From: Candidatus Eiseniibacteriota bacterium
GTDB lineage: Bacteria; Eisenbacteria; RBG-16-71-46; CAZEPH01
Reading direction: 5' to 3'
NCBI GenBank assembly: GCA_044229145.1
Contig: JBGATO010000089.1
Location: 1 to 13,389 of the forward strand
Length of the DNA: 13,389 nucleotides
Positions 1-7,961 of this stretch are shown piece after piece (within the stretch, counting starts at the first letter, position 1; the number at the start of each line of letters is the position of its first letter). Under the pieces are notes generated by a model. It did no database searches. It saw only the letters and a list, made by a program, of their open reading frames with translations, and was not told the DNA's origin. The position numbers and the translations under genes are program-made.

Positions 1-1
1 C

Positions 2-3000
2 GTCGACGCGAACACGGGCGAGTTCTCGTGGACGCCGTCGTACGACGACGCCGGCTCGTACAGCAACGTCACGATCACCGCGAACGACGGCATCGCCGGC
101 AGCGGCTCGGCCTCGTTCGACATCACGGTGAGCAACACCAACCGCGCGCCGTCCATCAACGCCATCGCGAACCAGACGGTGGCCGAAGGTGCGACGCTCA
201 CGGTGGCCGCGAGCGCCAGCGACGCCGACAACGACGCGCTGACCTACAGCGGTTCCAACCTGCCGACCGGCGCCACCGTCGACGCGAACACGGGCGAGTT
301 CTCGTGGACGCCGTCGTACAGCGACGCGGGCGACTACACCAACGTCACCCTGACCGTCGACGACGGCTCCGCGCAGGACGCCGCCAGCTTCGACATCTCG
401 GTGACCAACAGCAACCAGCCGCCGAGCATCAACGCGATCGCCAACCAGACGGTCGCCGAGGGCTCGCTGCTCGACGTCGCCGTCTCGGCGAGCGACGGGG
501 AAGGCGACCCGCTGACCTTCAGCGGCGCCAACCTGCCGTCGGGCGCGTCGGTGGACGCCGGTACGGGTGAGTTCACCTGGACGCCGGGCTACAGCGACGC
601 CGGTTCGTACAGCAACGTCGGAGTCGTCGTCGACGACGGCACCTCGACCTCCACCGCGTCGTTCGACATCACGGTGTCGAACACCAACCGCGCGCCGTCG
701 CTGAACGCGATCGTCAACCAGACGGTGGCGGAAGGCGCGATGCTGACGGTGGCCGCGAGTGCCAGCGACGCCGACAACGACGCGCTGACCTACAGCGGTT
801 CCAACCTGCCGACTGGCGCCACCGTCGACGCGAACACGGGTGAATTCTCGTGGACGCCGTCGTACGACGACGCCGGTTCGTACGCCAGCGTCGGCGTGAG
901 CGTCGACGACGGCAACGGCGGCACCGACGCGCAGTCGTTCGACATCACGGTGTCGAACACCAACCGCGCGCCGTCCATCAACGCGCTCTCGAACGTCACC
1001 GTGGCCGCTGGCGACCCGGTGAGCGTCCTCCCGAGCGCGTCGGACGCCGACGGCGACGTCCTCACCTGGAGCGGATCGAACGTGCCGACCGGCGCGACGG
1101 TCGATGCCAACACCGGCGAGTTCGCATGGACGCCGTCGGTGGCGGACATCGGCTCGTACGCCAGCGTCACGCTCACCGCCGACGACGGCACCGACCAGAG
1201 CTCGGCGTCGTTCGACATCACGGTCACCAGCGCGGTCAACCACGCGCCGAGCATCGCCTCGATCGCCAACCAGACGATCGACGAAGGGCAGCTGCTCACG
1301 GTGTCGGTGTCGGGCAGCGACAGCGACGGGGACGTGCTGACCTACAGCGGCTCGAACCTCCCGACCGGCGCCTCGGTCGACGCGAACAGCGGCTCGTTCA
1401 GCTGGACGCCCGACTTCACGCAGGCCGGCAGCTACACCGGCGTGACCATCGACGCCAGCGACGGCCAGACCACCGGCTCCGCGTCGTTCGACATCGAGGT
1501 CGCGAACGTCAACCAGGCGCCGTCGATCAACAGCATCAGCACGCAGACGGTGGCGGAGAACGCGGACCTCAGCACCGCGATCGCCGGCACCGACGGCGAC
1601 AGCGACGCGCTGACGTTCTCGCTCATCGCGATCGTGCCGGCCCCGGCCTCCGGTGTCGAGCCGACCGTGAGTACCGACGATGCGAGTTCCGGTACGCTGG
1701 CGTGGCACCCGACCTACCTCGACGCGGGCAGCTACACCGCCACCGTCGGCGTGGACGACGGGAACGGCGGCACCTCGACGGCGTCGTTCACCATCACGGT
1801 GACCAACGTGGCGTCGGGCCCGCCGATGGTCGTGCAGGCGTCGGACGCGACGATCGCGGAAGCGGCGACGTCGAACGTCAGCCTGCAGGCGATTCCGGCC
1901 GGCGGCGCAGGCAACCTGCGCTGGACGCTGCTCTCGCCGGCCCCGCCGTGGGCCTCGCTCACCGGCACCAGCGGTGCGAGCAACACGCTGCAGATGAAGC
2001 CGGGCTACAACTCGGCCGACTCGACCGGCAGTAACGGTGTCGGTTCGGACGTCATCAGCATCCGCGTGCGGGACGGCGTGAACGCCAACTCGCCGTCGGA
2101 CACCATGACGTTCATCGTCACCATCAGCAACACCAACCGGGTGCCGCAGATCGCCAACATCACCAACCACACGGTGGTCGAAGGCGCGCAGCTGCAGGTG
2201 ACCGCGGTCGGTGGCGACGCGGACGGCGACGCGATCACCTACAGCGTGACCGCGGGACCGGAAGGTCTGACCATCGACAACACCGGATTCATCACGTGGA
2301 CGCCGGACTTCAACGCCACGCAGCGCGTGCCGTTGGGTCAGTACCGCGCGACGATCACGGTGACCGACACGTACGGTGCGACCGCGTCGGACAACTTCGA
2401 CGTGTTCGTGCAGAACACCAACCGCGTTCCGGTGGTGGACCCGGTGACCGACCAGACCGTGATGGCGGGTGATCTCCTCACCTTCACCGCCACGGGCGCG
2501 GATCCGGACACCTTGGACGCCATCGCCACGTGGTCGCGCACCGGTGACGCGGCGAACGCCACCATCGATGCGGTGACCGGTGTGTACGCGTGGACGCCGG
2601 CCTACAACGAGGTGGGTGTCTACAACGAGACCATCTCGGCCACCGACAACACGGTGGGCACGGGTTCGGCGTCGTTCCAGATCACGGTGACCGCGAGCGG
2701 CAACCACTCGCCGTCGATCACCTCGATCGCCGATCAGTCGGTGGCGGAAGGCGCGCTGTTGGCGCTCACGCCGTCGGCCTCGGACCAGGATGGTGACCCG
2801 TTCACGTGGTCCGGCGCGAACCTGCCGACCGGCGCGACCGTCGATGCCAACACGGGCGACTTCGCGTGGACGCCAGGCTTCGACCAGGCGGGCGATTACG
2901 CCAACGTGACGCTGACCGCGTCGGACGGCCTCTCGTCGCCGTCGTCGGTGAGCTTCACCATCAGCGTGTCGAACACCAACCGCGCTCCGTCGATCGCGGC

Positions 3001-4069
3001 CCTCGCGGCGCAGTCGACGAACGAGACGGTGGCCATCAGCGTCATGCCCGTGGGCAGCGACGACGACGGCGACGTCCTCACCTGGTCGGGCAGCAACCTG
3101 CCGGCCGGCGCGGTCGTGAACGCCAATAACGGAGAATTCGTCTGGACGCCGTCGTACGACGACGCCGGCGACTATCTGAACATCACGCTGACCGCCGATG
3201 ACGGCCAGTCGGGCACGGCCTCCGTGTCCTTCGACCTCACGGTGAACAACGTGAACCGCGTGCCGGTGGTCAACGCGATCGCCAACCAGTCGGTGTCGAC
3301 GGGCTCGCTCCTGTCGCTCACCCCGCTGGCCAACGACGCGGACGGCGATGTGCTGGCGTGGACCGGCAGCAACCTGCCGGGCGCCGCGTTGCTCGACGGG
3401 TCGACGGGTGTGTTCACCTGGCAGACCTCGCAGGGCGACGAGGGCACCTACGCCAACGTCACGCTCACCGCGGACGACGGCAACGGTGGCAGCGCGTCGA
3501 CGGTGTTCGACATCACCGTGAGCAGCAACTCGGCGCCGAGCATCGCGGCCATCGCGTCGCAGTCGGTCACCGAGCAGACAGCGATCACGATCGTCCCGAG
3601 CGCGATCGACCCGGATGGCGACATCCTCACGTGGTCGGGCGCGAACCTGCCGAGCGGGTCGCACGTCAACGCGAACAACGGCGAGTTCTTGTGGACGCCG
3701 GGCAACTCGCAGTCGGGGAGCTACACCAACATCACCCTGACCGCGGACGACAGCCACGGCAACACGAGCTCGGTGTCGTTCGACATCACGGTGGCCGACC
3801 AGGCGCCGGTGATCACGTCGGTGTACTTCCCGGTGACCGCCGGGTTGACGGTGATCCGCGGCCTGCAGGCGACCGACGATGACGGTGGCTACGTCACCTT
3901 CAGCGCGACCGGCCTGCCGGCGTGGGTGGTCTTCAATGGCACGTCGGGGTACATGACCCTGACGCCGCCGGCGAACACCTACGGCCAGCAGTTCACCGCC
4001 TCGCTGACCGCGACGGACTACGTGAGTGGCGCGTCGTCGACGACTTCGATCACCATCGATGTCAACGCG
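2..4069 (+). repeat. Intragenic tandem array of 14 complete and 1 partial Ig/cadherin-like repeats (~273-276 nt period)
   Basis: Unit starts read at about 140, 413, 686, 962, 1238, 1511, 1811, 2135, 2420, 2702, 2978, 3254, 3527 and 3800. Positions 200-319 and 746-865 differ at only 4 of 120 nt; 1-43 is identical to 277-319. Confidence 0.9.
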
Positions 4070-4705
4070 ACACCCACCGCGATCGTCACGGCGCACGACG
4101 GTCTCGTCCTCAACCGCCACCACGGCGACGGCGCGTACCGCGTGACGTTCGACGTGGAAGGTGACGTGCGGGCGGACCTGCTCTCGGCGGCGCGTGTGTC
4201 GCTGTCGCGGGCGCAGAACGGCACCGCGACCAACACCGCGCAGAGCATGGCGCCGGTGGCGGTGGTCGCGGACGGCCGCACGGTGCATGCGGACTTCGAC
4301 CGTGCGACGCTGCTCGGCCTGGTGGCCGACGTGGCGCCGGGTTCCACGGTGGACCTCGTGCTGCACGTGCGCACCGATGACGGCGACGAAGTGCAGTCGC
4401 CGGTCAGTCTGACGGTCGTCGGCTTGGCGCAGGATGCCGCGGTGCGGGCGCTCCCGAACCCGGTGTCGGCGTCGTCGATGATCGAGTACGTGGTGCCGGA
4501 GGACGGCCCGGTGTCGGTCGCGGTGTACGCCGCGAACGGCCGCCTGGTGCGCTCGCTGGTGCACGAGACGACGGGCGCCGGCGTGTACCGCGTCGGCTTC
4601 GGCGGCAAGGCCAGCGATGGTTCGCCGCTGCCGACCGGCGTGTACTACCTGCGGGCGCTCATCGGCGCCGAGCGGGTGACGCAGCGCATCGCGATCATCC
4701 GGTAA
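2..4705 (+). CDS. Giant repetitive surface/secreted protein (5'-truncated): tandem cadherin-like/putative Ig (He_PIG, tandem-95-like) repeats plus C-terminal FlgD-Ig/T9SS type A-like sorting domain
   Basis: Frame +2 is open from position 2 (VDANTGEFSWTPSYDDAGSYSNVTITANDGIAGSGSASFDIT joins the track ORF at 128), so GTG128 is internal and the real start lies upstream. Repeats of ~91-92 aa have consensus NRAPSI..I.NQTV.EG...SDxDGD.LT(W/Y)SGSNLP.GA.VD..TG.F.WTP....G.Y..VT.T.DDG....SFDITV. C-terminus is PNP..IEYVVP..GPVSVAVYAANGRLVRSLV..AGVY..DGSPLPTGVYYLR..TQRIAIIR; stop TAA 4703-4705. Confidence 0.93.
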   Translation, partial: VDANTGEFSWTPSYDDAGSYSNVTITANDGIAGSGSASFDITVSNTNRAPSINAIANQTVAEGATLTVAASASDADNDALTYSGSNLPTGATVDANTGEFSWTPSYSDAGDYTNVTLTVDDGSAQDAASFDISVTNSNQPPSINAIANQTVAEGSLLDVAVSASDGEGDPLTFSGANLPSGASVDAGTGEFTWTPGYSDAGSYSNVGVVVDDGTSTSTASFDITVSNTNRAPSLNAIVNQTVAEGAMLTVAASASDADNDALTYSGSNLPTGATVDANTGEFSWTPSYDDAGSYASVGVSVDDGNGGTDAQSFDITVSNTNRAPSINALSNVTVAAGDPVSVLPSASDADGDVLTWSGSNVPTGATVDANTGEFAWTPSVADIGSYASVTLTADDGTDQSSASFDITVTSAVNHAPSIASIANQTIDEGQLLTVSVSGSDSDGDVLTYSGSNLPTGASVDANSGSFSWTPDFTQAGSYTGVTIDASDGQTTGSASFDIEVANVNQAPSINSISTQTVAENADLSTAIAGTDGDSDALTFSLIAIVPAPASGVEPTVSTDDASSGTLAWHPTYLDAGSYTATVGVDDGNGGTSTASFTITVTNVASGPPMVVQASDATIAEAATSNVSLQAIPAGGAGNLRWTLLSPAPPWASLTGTSGASNTLQMKPGYNSADSTGSNGVGSDVISIRVRDGVNANSPSDTMTFIVTISNTNRVPQIANITNHTVVEGAQLQVTAVGGDADGDAITYSVTAGPEGLTIDNTGFITWTPDFNATQRVPLGQYRATITVTDTYGATASDNFDVFVQNTNRVPVVDPVTDQTVMAGDLLTFTATGADPDTLDAIATWSRTGDAANATIDAVTGVYAWTPAYNEVGVYNETISATDNTVGTGSASFQITVTASGNHSPSITSIADQSVAEGALLALTPSASDQDGDPFTWSGANLPTGATVDANTGDFAWTPGFDQAGDYANVTLTASDGLSSPSSVSFTISVSNTNRAPSIAALAAQSTNETVAISVMPVGSDDDGDVLTWSGSNLPAGAVVNANNGEFVWTPSYDDAGDYLNITLTADDGQSGTASVSFDLTVNNVNRVPVVNAIANQSVSTGSLLSLTPLANDADGDVLAWTGSNLPGAALLDGSTGVFTWQTSQGDEGTYANVTLTADDGNGGSASTVFDITVSSNSAPSIAAIASQSVTEQTAITIVPSAIDPDGDILTWSGANLPSGSHVNANNGEFLWTPGNSQSGSYTNITLTADDSHGNTSSVSFDITVADQAPVITSVYFPVTAGLTVIRGLQATDDDGGYVTFSATGLPAWVVFNGTSGYMTLTPPANTYGQQFTASLTATDYVSGASSTTSITIDVNATPTAIVTAHDGLVLNRHHGDGAYRVTFDVEGDVRADLLSAARVSLSRAQNGTATNTAQSMAPVAVVADGRTVHADFDRATLLGLVADVAPGSTVDLVLHVRTDDGDEVQSPVSLTVVGLAQDAAVRALPNPVSASSMIEYVVPEDGPVSVAVYAANGRLVRSLVHETTGAGVYRVGFGGKASDGSPLPTGVYYLRALIGAERVTQRIAIIR

Positions 4706-4750
4706 CCCCGGCATCGCGCAACGCGCGGCGACGCGCCGTGCCATGACCCA

Positions 4751-4788
4751 CGCCGCGGGGCGGGGCCTTCGGGCTCCGCCCCGTGGTG
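4751..4788 (+). terminator. Strong GC-rich hairpin with cUUCGg tetraloop after the giant gene; probable terminator or 3' stabiliser
   Basis: CGCCGCGGGGCGGGGCC-TTCG-GGCTCCGCCCCGTGGTG forms 17 bp with 3 G-U pairs, 45 nt after the stop. There is no U-tract, so it is not a canonical intrinsic terminator. Confidence 0.6.
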
Positions 4789-4818
4789 CGTGTGGGGGCC
4801 CAGCCGCACCGCCCGTGC

Positions 4819-4848
4819 TTGACCCCGGCGCCACCGCGCCGCTAGGCT
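4819..4848 (+). promoter_or_regulatory. Putative sigma70-type promoter for the cbs-cgl operon
   Basis: TTGACC (4819-4824), 18 nt spacer, TAGGCT (4843-4848). It lies between the upstream hairpin and the cbs RBS. Confidence 0.45.
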
Positions 4849-5018
4849 CAGGCGGTCAATCGCCCCGCACCCTGCGGGAGCGCGGCAGCCTGCGCGTCCT
4901 TTGCCGATAATCCTGGGGACGCCGCCCGTCCGGCCCTACCTGCACGCAGCCGGCGGCGCGAGGCTCCGGCGGACGCCCCGTCCGTCCGGTCGTGGTCGAG
5001 ATTCGCAGGAGGACTCCC

Positions 5019-6449
5019 ATGTCGGGCTCGCAGAGCGCCTCGACGGCACCTGGTGCCACTTCGCCCGCCGGCGCCGCCGGCATGGACGTCAAGGACAGCA
5101 TCCTGGAGTGCGTCGGCAACACGCCGTTGGTGCGCATCCGCAACCTGACCCGCGGCATCCGCACGCCGCTCTACGCCAAGATCGAGTCGATGAACCCCGG
5201 CGGCAGCGTGAAGGACCGCATCGGCCGCGTCATCATCGACGAGTACGAGAAGCGCGGGCTGCTCAAGCCCGGCGGCACCATCGTCGAGTCGACGAGCGGC
5301 AACACCGGCATCGGCCTGGCGATGGTGGCGGCGCTGCGCGGCTACCGCACCATCTTCACGATGCCGGACAAGATGTCGCGCGCGAAGATCGACTTGCTCA
5401 AGGCGTACGGCGCCGAGGTCGTGGTGTGTCCGACCGCGGTGGCACCGGACGCGCCGGAGAGTTACTACAGCGTCGCCAAGCGCCTCGCGAAGGAGATTCC
5501 GGGCGCGGTGCTCGGCAATCAGTATTACAACGAGTCGAACCCCTACGCGCACTACATCTCCACCGGCCCCGAGATCTGGCGGCAGACCTGCGGCCGCATC
5601 ACGCACTACGTCGCGTCGATGGGCACCGGCGGCACGATCAGCGGCACCGGCAAGTACCTCAAGGAGCAGAACGCCGCGGTGCGCGTCATCGGCGCCGACC
5701 CGGTGGGCTCGATCCTCAAGCAGTATTTCGAGACCAAGACGATGGGGAAGGCCTACCCCTACAAGGTCGAAGGCATCGGCGAGGACATCATTCCCGGCAC
5801 CACGCACTTCGAGTTCATCGACGAGATCCGCGCGGTGACCGATGCGCAGTCGCTGAACACGGCGCGCGCGATCTCGCGGCAAGAAGGCATCCTCAGCGGC
5901 GGCTCGTGCGGCACCGCGATGTGGGCGGCGCTCGAGGTGGCGCGCGAACTCGACGATCCGAACGCTTGCGTCATCGTCATTCTGCCGGACACCGGCGAAC
6001 GCTACCTCACCAAGGTCTACAACGACGACTGGATGCGCGAGAACCGGTTGCTCGAACGCGGCGCGGTGCGCGTCGCCGACGTGCTGCGCGACAAGCTCGG
6101 CTCGACGCCGCGCTTGCTCTTCGTCGACTACGACGACACGGTGCGCCGCGCGCTGCAGGTGATGCGTGAGCACGACGTCTCGCAGATGCCGGTGATGAAG
6201 GACGGCATGGTGGTCGGCACCGCGAGCGAGACGGCGCTGCTCGGCGCCGCGCTCGAGTCGCCGGAACGCATGCAGGCGACGGTGGCGACGGTGATGGAGC
6301 CGCCGCTGCCGACGGTGGCCGCCGACGAGACGCTGGAGGCGGTGGGCCGTCTGCTCGCCGAACGCAACAGCGCCGTCCTCGTCGAGGAGAATGCAACCGT
6401 CATCGGGATCGTGTCGCGCTTCGACATGATCGAGTACTTGGCGTCGTAA
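5019..6449 (+). CDS. cbs: Cystathionine beta-synthase (PLP fold type II) with C-terminal CBS-domain pair, 476 aa
   Basis: Motifs VGNTPLV, NPGGSVKDR (PLP lysine), ESTSGNTGIGLA, MGTGGTISG, YKVEGIGED and PDTGERYL, then a CBS pair (DVSQMPVM...GIVSRFD). SD AGGAGG at 5007-5012 favours ATG5019 over the track's GTG4992. Confidence 0.9.
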   Translation: MSGSQSASTAPGATSPAGAAGMDVKDSILECVGNTPLVRIRNLTRGIRTPLYAKIESMNPGGSVKDRIGRVIIDEYEKRGLLKPGGTIVESTSGNTGIGLAMVAALRGYRTIFTMPDKMSRAKIDLLKAYGAEVVVCPTAVAPDAPESYYSVAKRLAKEIPGAVLGNQYYNESNPYAHYISTGPEIWRQTCGRITHYVASMGTGGTISGTGKYLKEQNAAVRVIGADPVGSILKQYFETKTMGKAYPYKVEGIGEDIIPGTTHFEFIDEIRAVTDAQSLNTARAISRQEGILSGGSCGTAMWAALEVARELDDPNACVIVILPDTGERYLTKVYNDDWMRENRLLERGAVRVADVLRDKLGSTPRLLFVDYDDTVRRALQVMREHDVSQMPVMKDGMVVGTASETALLGAALESPERMQATVATVMEPPLPTVAADETLEAVGRLLAERNSAVLVEENATVIGIVSRFDMIEYLAS

Positions 6450-6468
6450 CGGAGGCGACGAAATCCTC

Positions 6469-7614
6469 ATGGGCTTCAGCACGAAGGCGATCCACGCCGG
6501 CAATCACCCGGACCCGTCCACCGGCGCGGTGACGGTGCCGATCTACCAGACCTCGACGTACGCGCAGGAGGAGATCGGCAAGCACAAGGGCTACGAGTAC
6601 TCCCGCACCCAGAACCCGACGCGCAGCGCGCTCGAGGAAAACCTCGCGGCGCTCGAAGGCGGCACGCACGGCTTCGCGTTCTCGTCCGGCATGGGCGCCA
6701 CCACGACGCTCATCATGGCGTTCCTCAAGAGCGGGGATCACGTCGTCGCGTCGAACAACATGTACGGCGGCACGTTCCGCGTGTTCGACCGCGTGTTCAC
6801 CGACTTCGGCCTGTCGTTCACGTACGTCGACACGGCGAATCTCGCGGAGGTCGAGGCCGCGATCACGGCGCGCACCAAGCTGCTGTTCATCGAGACGCCG
6901 ACCAATCCGATGATGACGATCTCGGATCTGCCGGCGCTCGCCACGCTGGCGAAGAAGCACGGCGTGCTGACCTGCGTCGACAACACGTTCGCGACGCCCT
7001 ATCTGCAACTGCCGCTGGCGTGCGGCATCGACGTGGTGATGCACTCGACGACGAAGTATCTCAATGGCCACAGCGACATGGTGGGCGGCGCGCTGGTGGT
7101 GAACGACGCGGCGCGCGCCGAGCGCCTCGCCTTCATGCGCAACGCGATCGGCACCAACGCGGGGCCGATGGATTCGTGGCTGGTGCTGCGCGGCACCAAG
7201 ACGCTCGCCGTACGCATGGAGAAGCACTGCGCCAACGCGATGCTGATCGCCGAATGGGCGAGCAAGCATCCAAAGATTGCCAAGGTCTATTACCCTGGGC
7301 TGACAACGCACCCACAGCACGCGCTGGCGGCGCGCCAGATGCGACTGTTCGGCGGCATGGTGTCGATCGAGACCGGCAGCCTCGACAATGCCAAGGCGTT
7401 CGCGAAGGCGGTGCGGGTGTTTACACTCGCCGAGAGCCTCGGCGGGGTGGAGAGCCTGGTGTGCCACCCGGTGAGCATGACCCACGCGTTCGTCCCGCAA
7501 GCCGAGCGGGAACGGACGGGTTTGACAGACGGGCTCATCCGCCTGTCGGTGGGAATCGAGGAACCCGAGGACCTGATCGCCGATTTGGACCAAGCGCTGG
7601 CGACCTTGGGATAA
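6469..7614 (+). CDS. Cystathionine gamma-lyase/gamma-synthase (Cys/Met metabolism PLP enzyme, MetB/MccB-like), 381 aa
   Basis: Motifs PIYQTSTY, YEYSRTQNPTR, ETPTNP, VDNTFATP, HSTTKYLNGHSD (PLP lysine), LAESLGGVESL and RLSVGIE. SD GGAGG at 6451-6455; starts 19 nt after cbs. Context favours gamma-lyase, but the sequence alone does not separate lyase from synthase. Confidence 0.9.
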   Translation: MGFSTKAIHAGNHPDPSTGAVTVPIYQTSTYAQEEIGKHKGYEYSRTQNPTRSALEENLAALEGGTHGFAFSSGMGATTTLIMAFLKSGDHVVASNNMYGGTFRVFDRVFTDFGLSFTYVDTANLAEVEAAITARTKLLFIETPTNPMMTISDLPALATLAKKHGVLTCVDNTFATPYLQLPLACGIDVVMHSTTKYLNGHSDMVGGALVVNDAARAERLAFMRNAIGTNAGPMDSWLVLRGTKTLAVRMEKHCANAMLIAEWASKHPKIAKVYYPGLTTHPQHALAARQMRLFGGMVSIETGSLDNAKAFAKAVRVFTLAESLGGVESLVCHPVSMTHAFVPQAERERTGLTDGLIRLSVGIEEPEDLIADLDQALATLG

Positions 7615-7685
7615 GCTCGACCGTGTACCACTGAACCCCGCGCCATTCCACCAATTAGACCGGGACAGCGCGGGGTACTTTTCTC

Positions 7686-7714
7686 TTGACGCCCTGTGCC
7701 CCTGTTCCTATAGT
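7686..7714 (+). promoter_or_regulatory. Near-consensus sigma70 promoter
   Basis: TTGACG (7686-7691), 17 nt spacer, TATAGT (7709-7714), preceded by T-rich TACTTTTCTC. Both hexamers match consensus at 5/6, unlikely by chance in such GC-rich DNA. Predicted TSS about 7720-7722. Confidence 0.8.
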
Positions 7715-7720
7715 GGCCGC

Positions 7721-7945
7721 CGTTTTGCCATACATCCCAATCAATTGGGTGGCAGGCCGGACTCTCCCGGCCGAGCCCGGTGGACGGGGTGTATGACGAT
7801 CACACCAGGGCGCCGGGCCGCTCACGGGCAATAGCTCACGCTGGCACCGCCTGGGTGGCTCTGGTGATGTAACGGTGTGACGGCGATCCGTTCGCGAAGC
7901 CACGATGAGTTCTGCGGGCGGGATCGGCAAGTTGTGGATACGTCC
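7721..7945 (+). ncRNA. Candidate structured leader RNA (three tandem long hairpins); no known family recognised
   Basis: Hand-paired stems: 7729-7738/7786-7795 enclosing 7741-7750/7775-7784 and 7755-7760/7767-7772; 7803-7818/7849-7866; 7884-7898/7910-7926. It lies between the promoter and the lipoprotein RBS. Confidence 0.4.
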
Positions 7946-7961
7946 AAGGAGGTGAACTCAA

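Noticed and set aside
128..130. GTG128 as start of the giant protein
   Set aside because: The frame is open back to position 2 and encodes the tail of another repeat; there is no SD or signal peptide.
1..4069. Repeat array as CRISPR or non-coding tandem repeat
   Set aside because: Period is ~273-276 nt, in frame, with synonymous differences; there is no short repeat/unique spacer structure and no cas gene.
140..4069. Frequent N-x-S/T sequons (NQT, NVT, NIT) as N-glycosylation sites
   Set aside because: Expected from Asn/Thr-rich repeated beta-strands; most lack the bacterial D/E at -2, and no oligosaccharyltransferase is seen in the window.
7522..7527. Perfect TTGACA inside the cystathionine lyase gene
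   Set aside because: No acceptable -10 hexamer 16-18 nt downstream.
7636..7653. TTCCACCA resembling a tRNA/tmRNA 3' end or attachment site
   Set aside because: No T-arm (GTTCGA) or cloverleaf upstream, no second copy, and no integrase in the window.
7721..7945. Leader as 6S RNA, SRP RNA, RNase P RNA, tmRNA, T-box or c-di-GMP riboswitch
   Set aside because: None of the diagnostic sequences (SRP GGAA-loop domain, GAGGAAAGTCC, tRNA-like ends, T-box motif) is visible, and the fold looks like three tandem hairpins rather than one rod.
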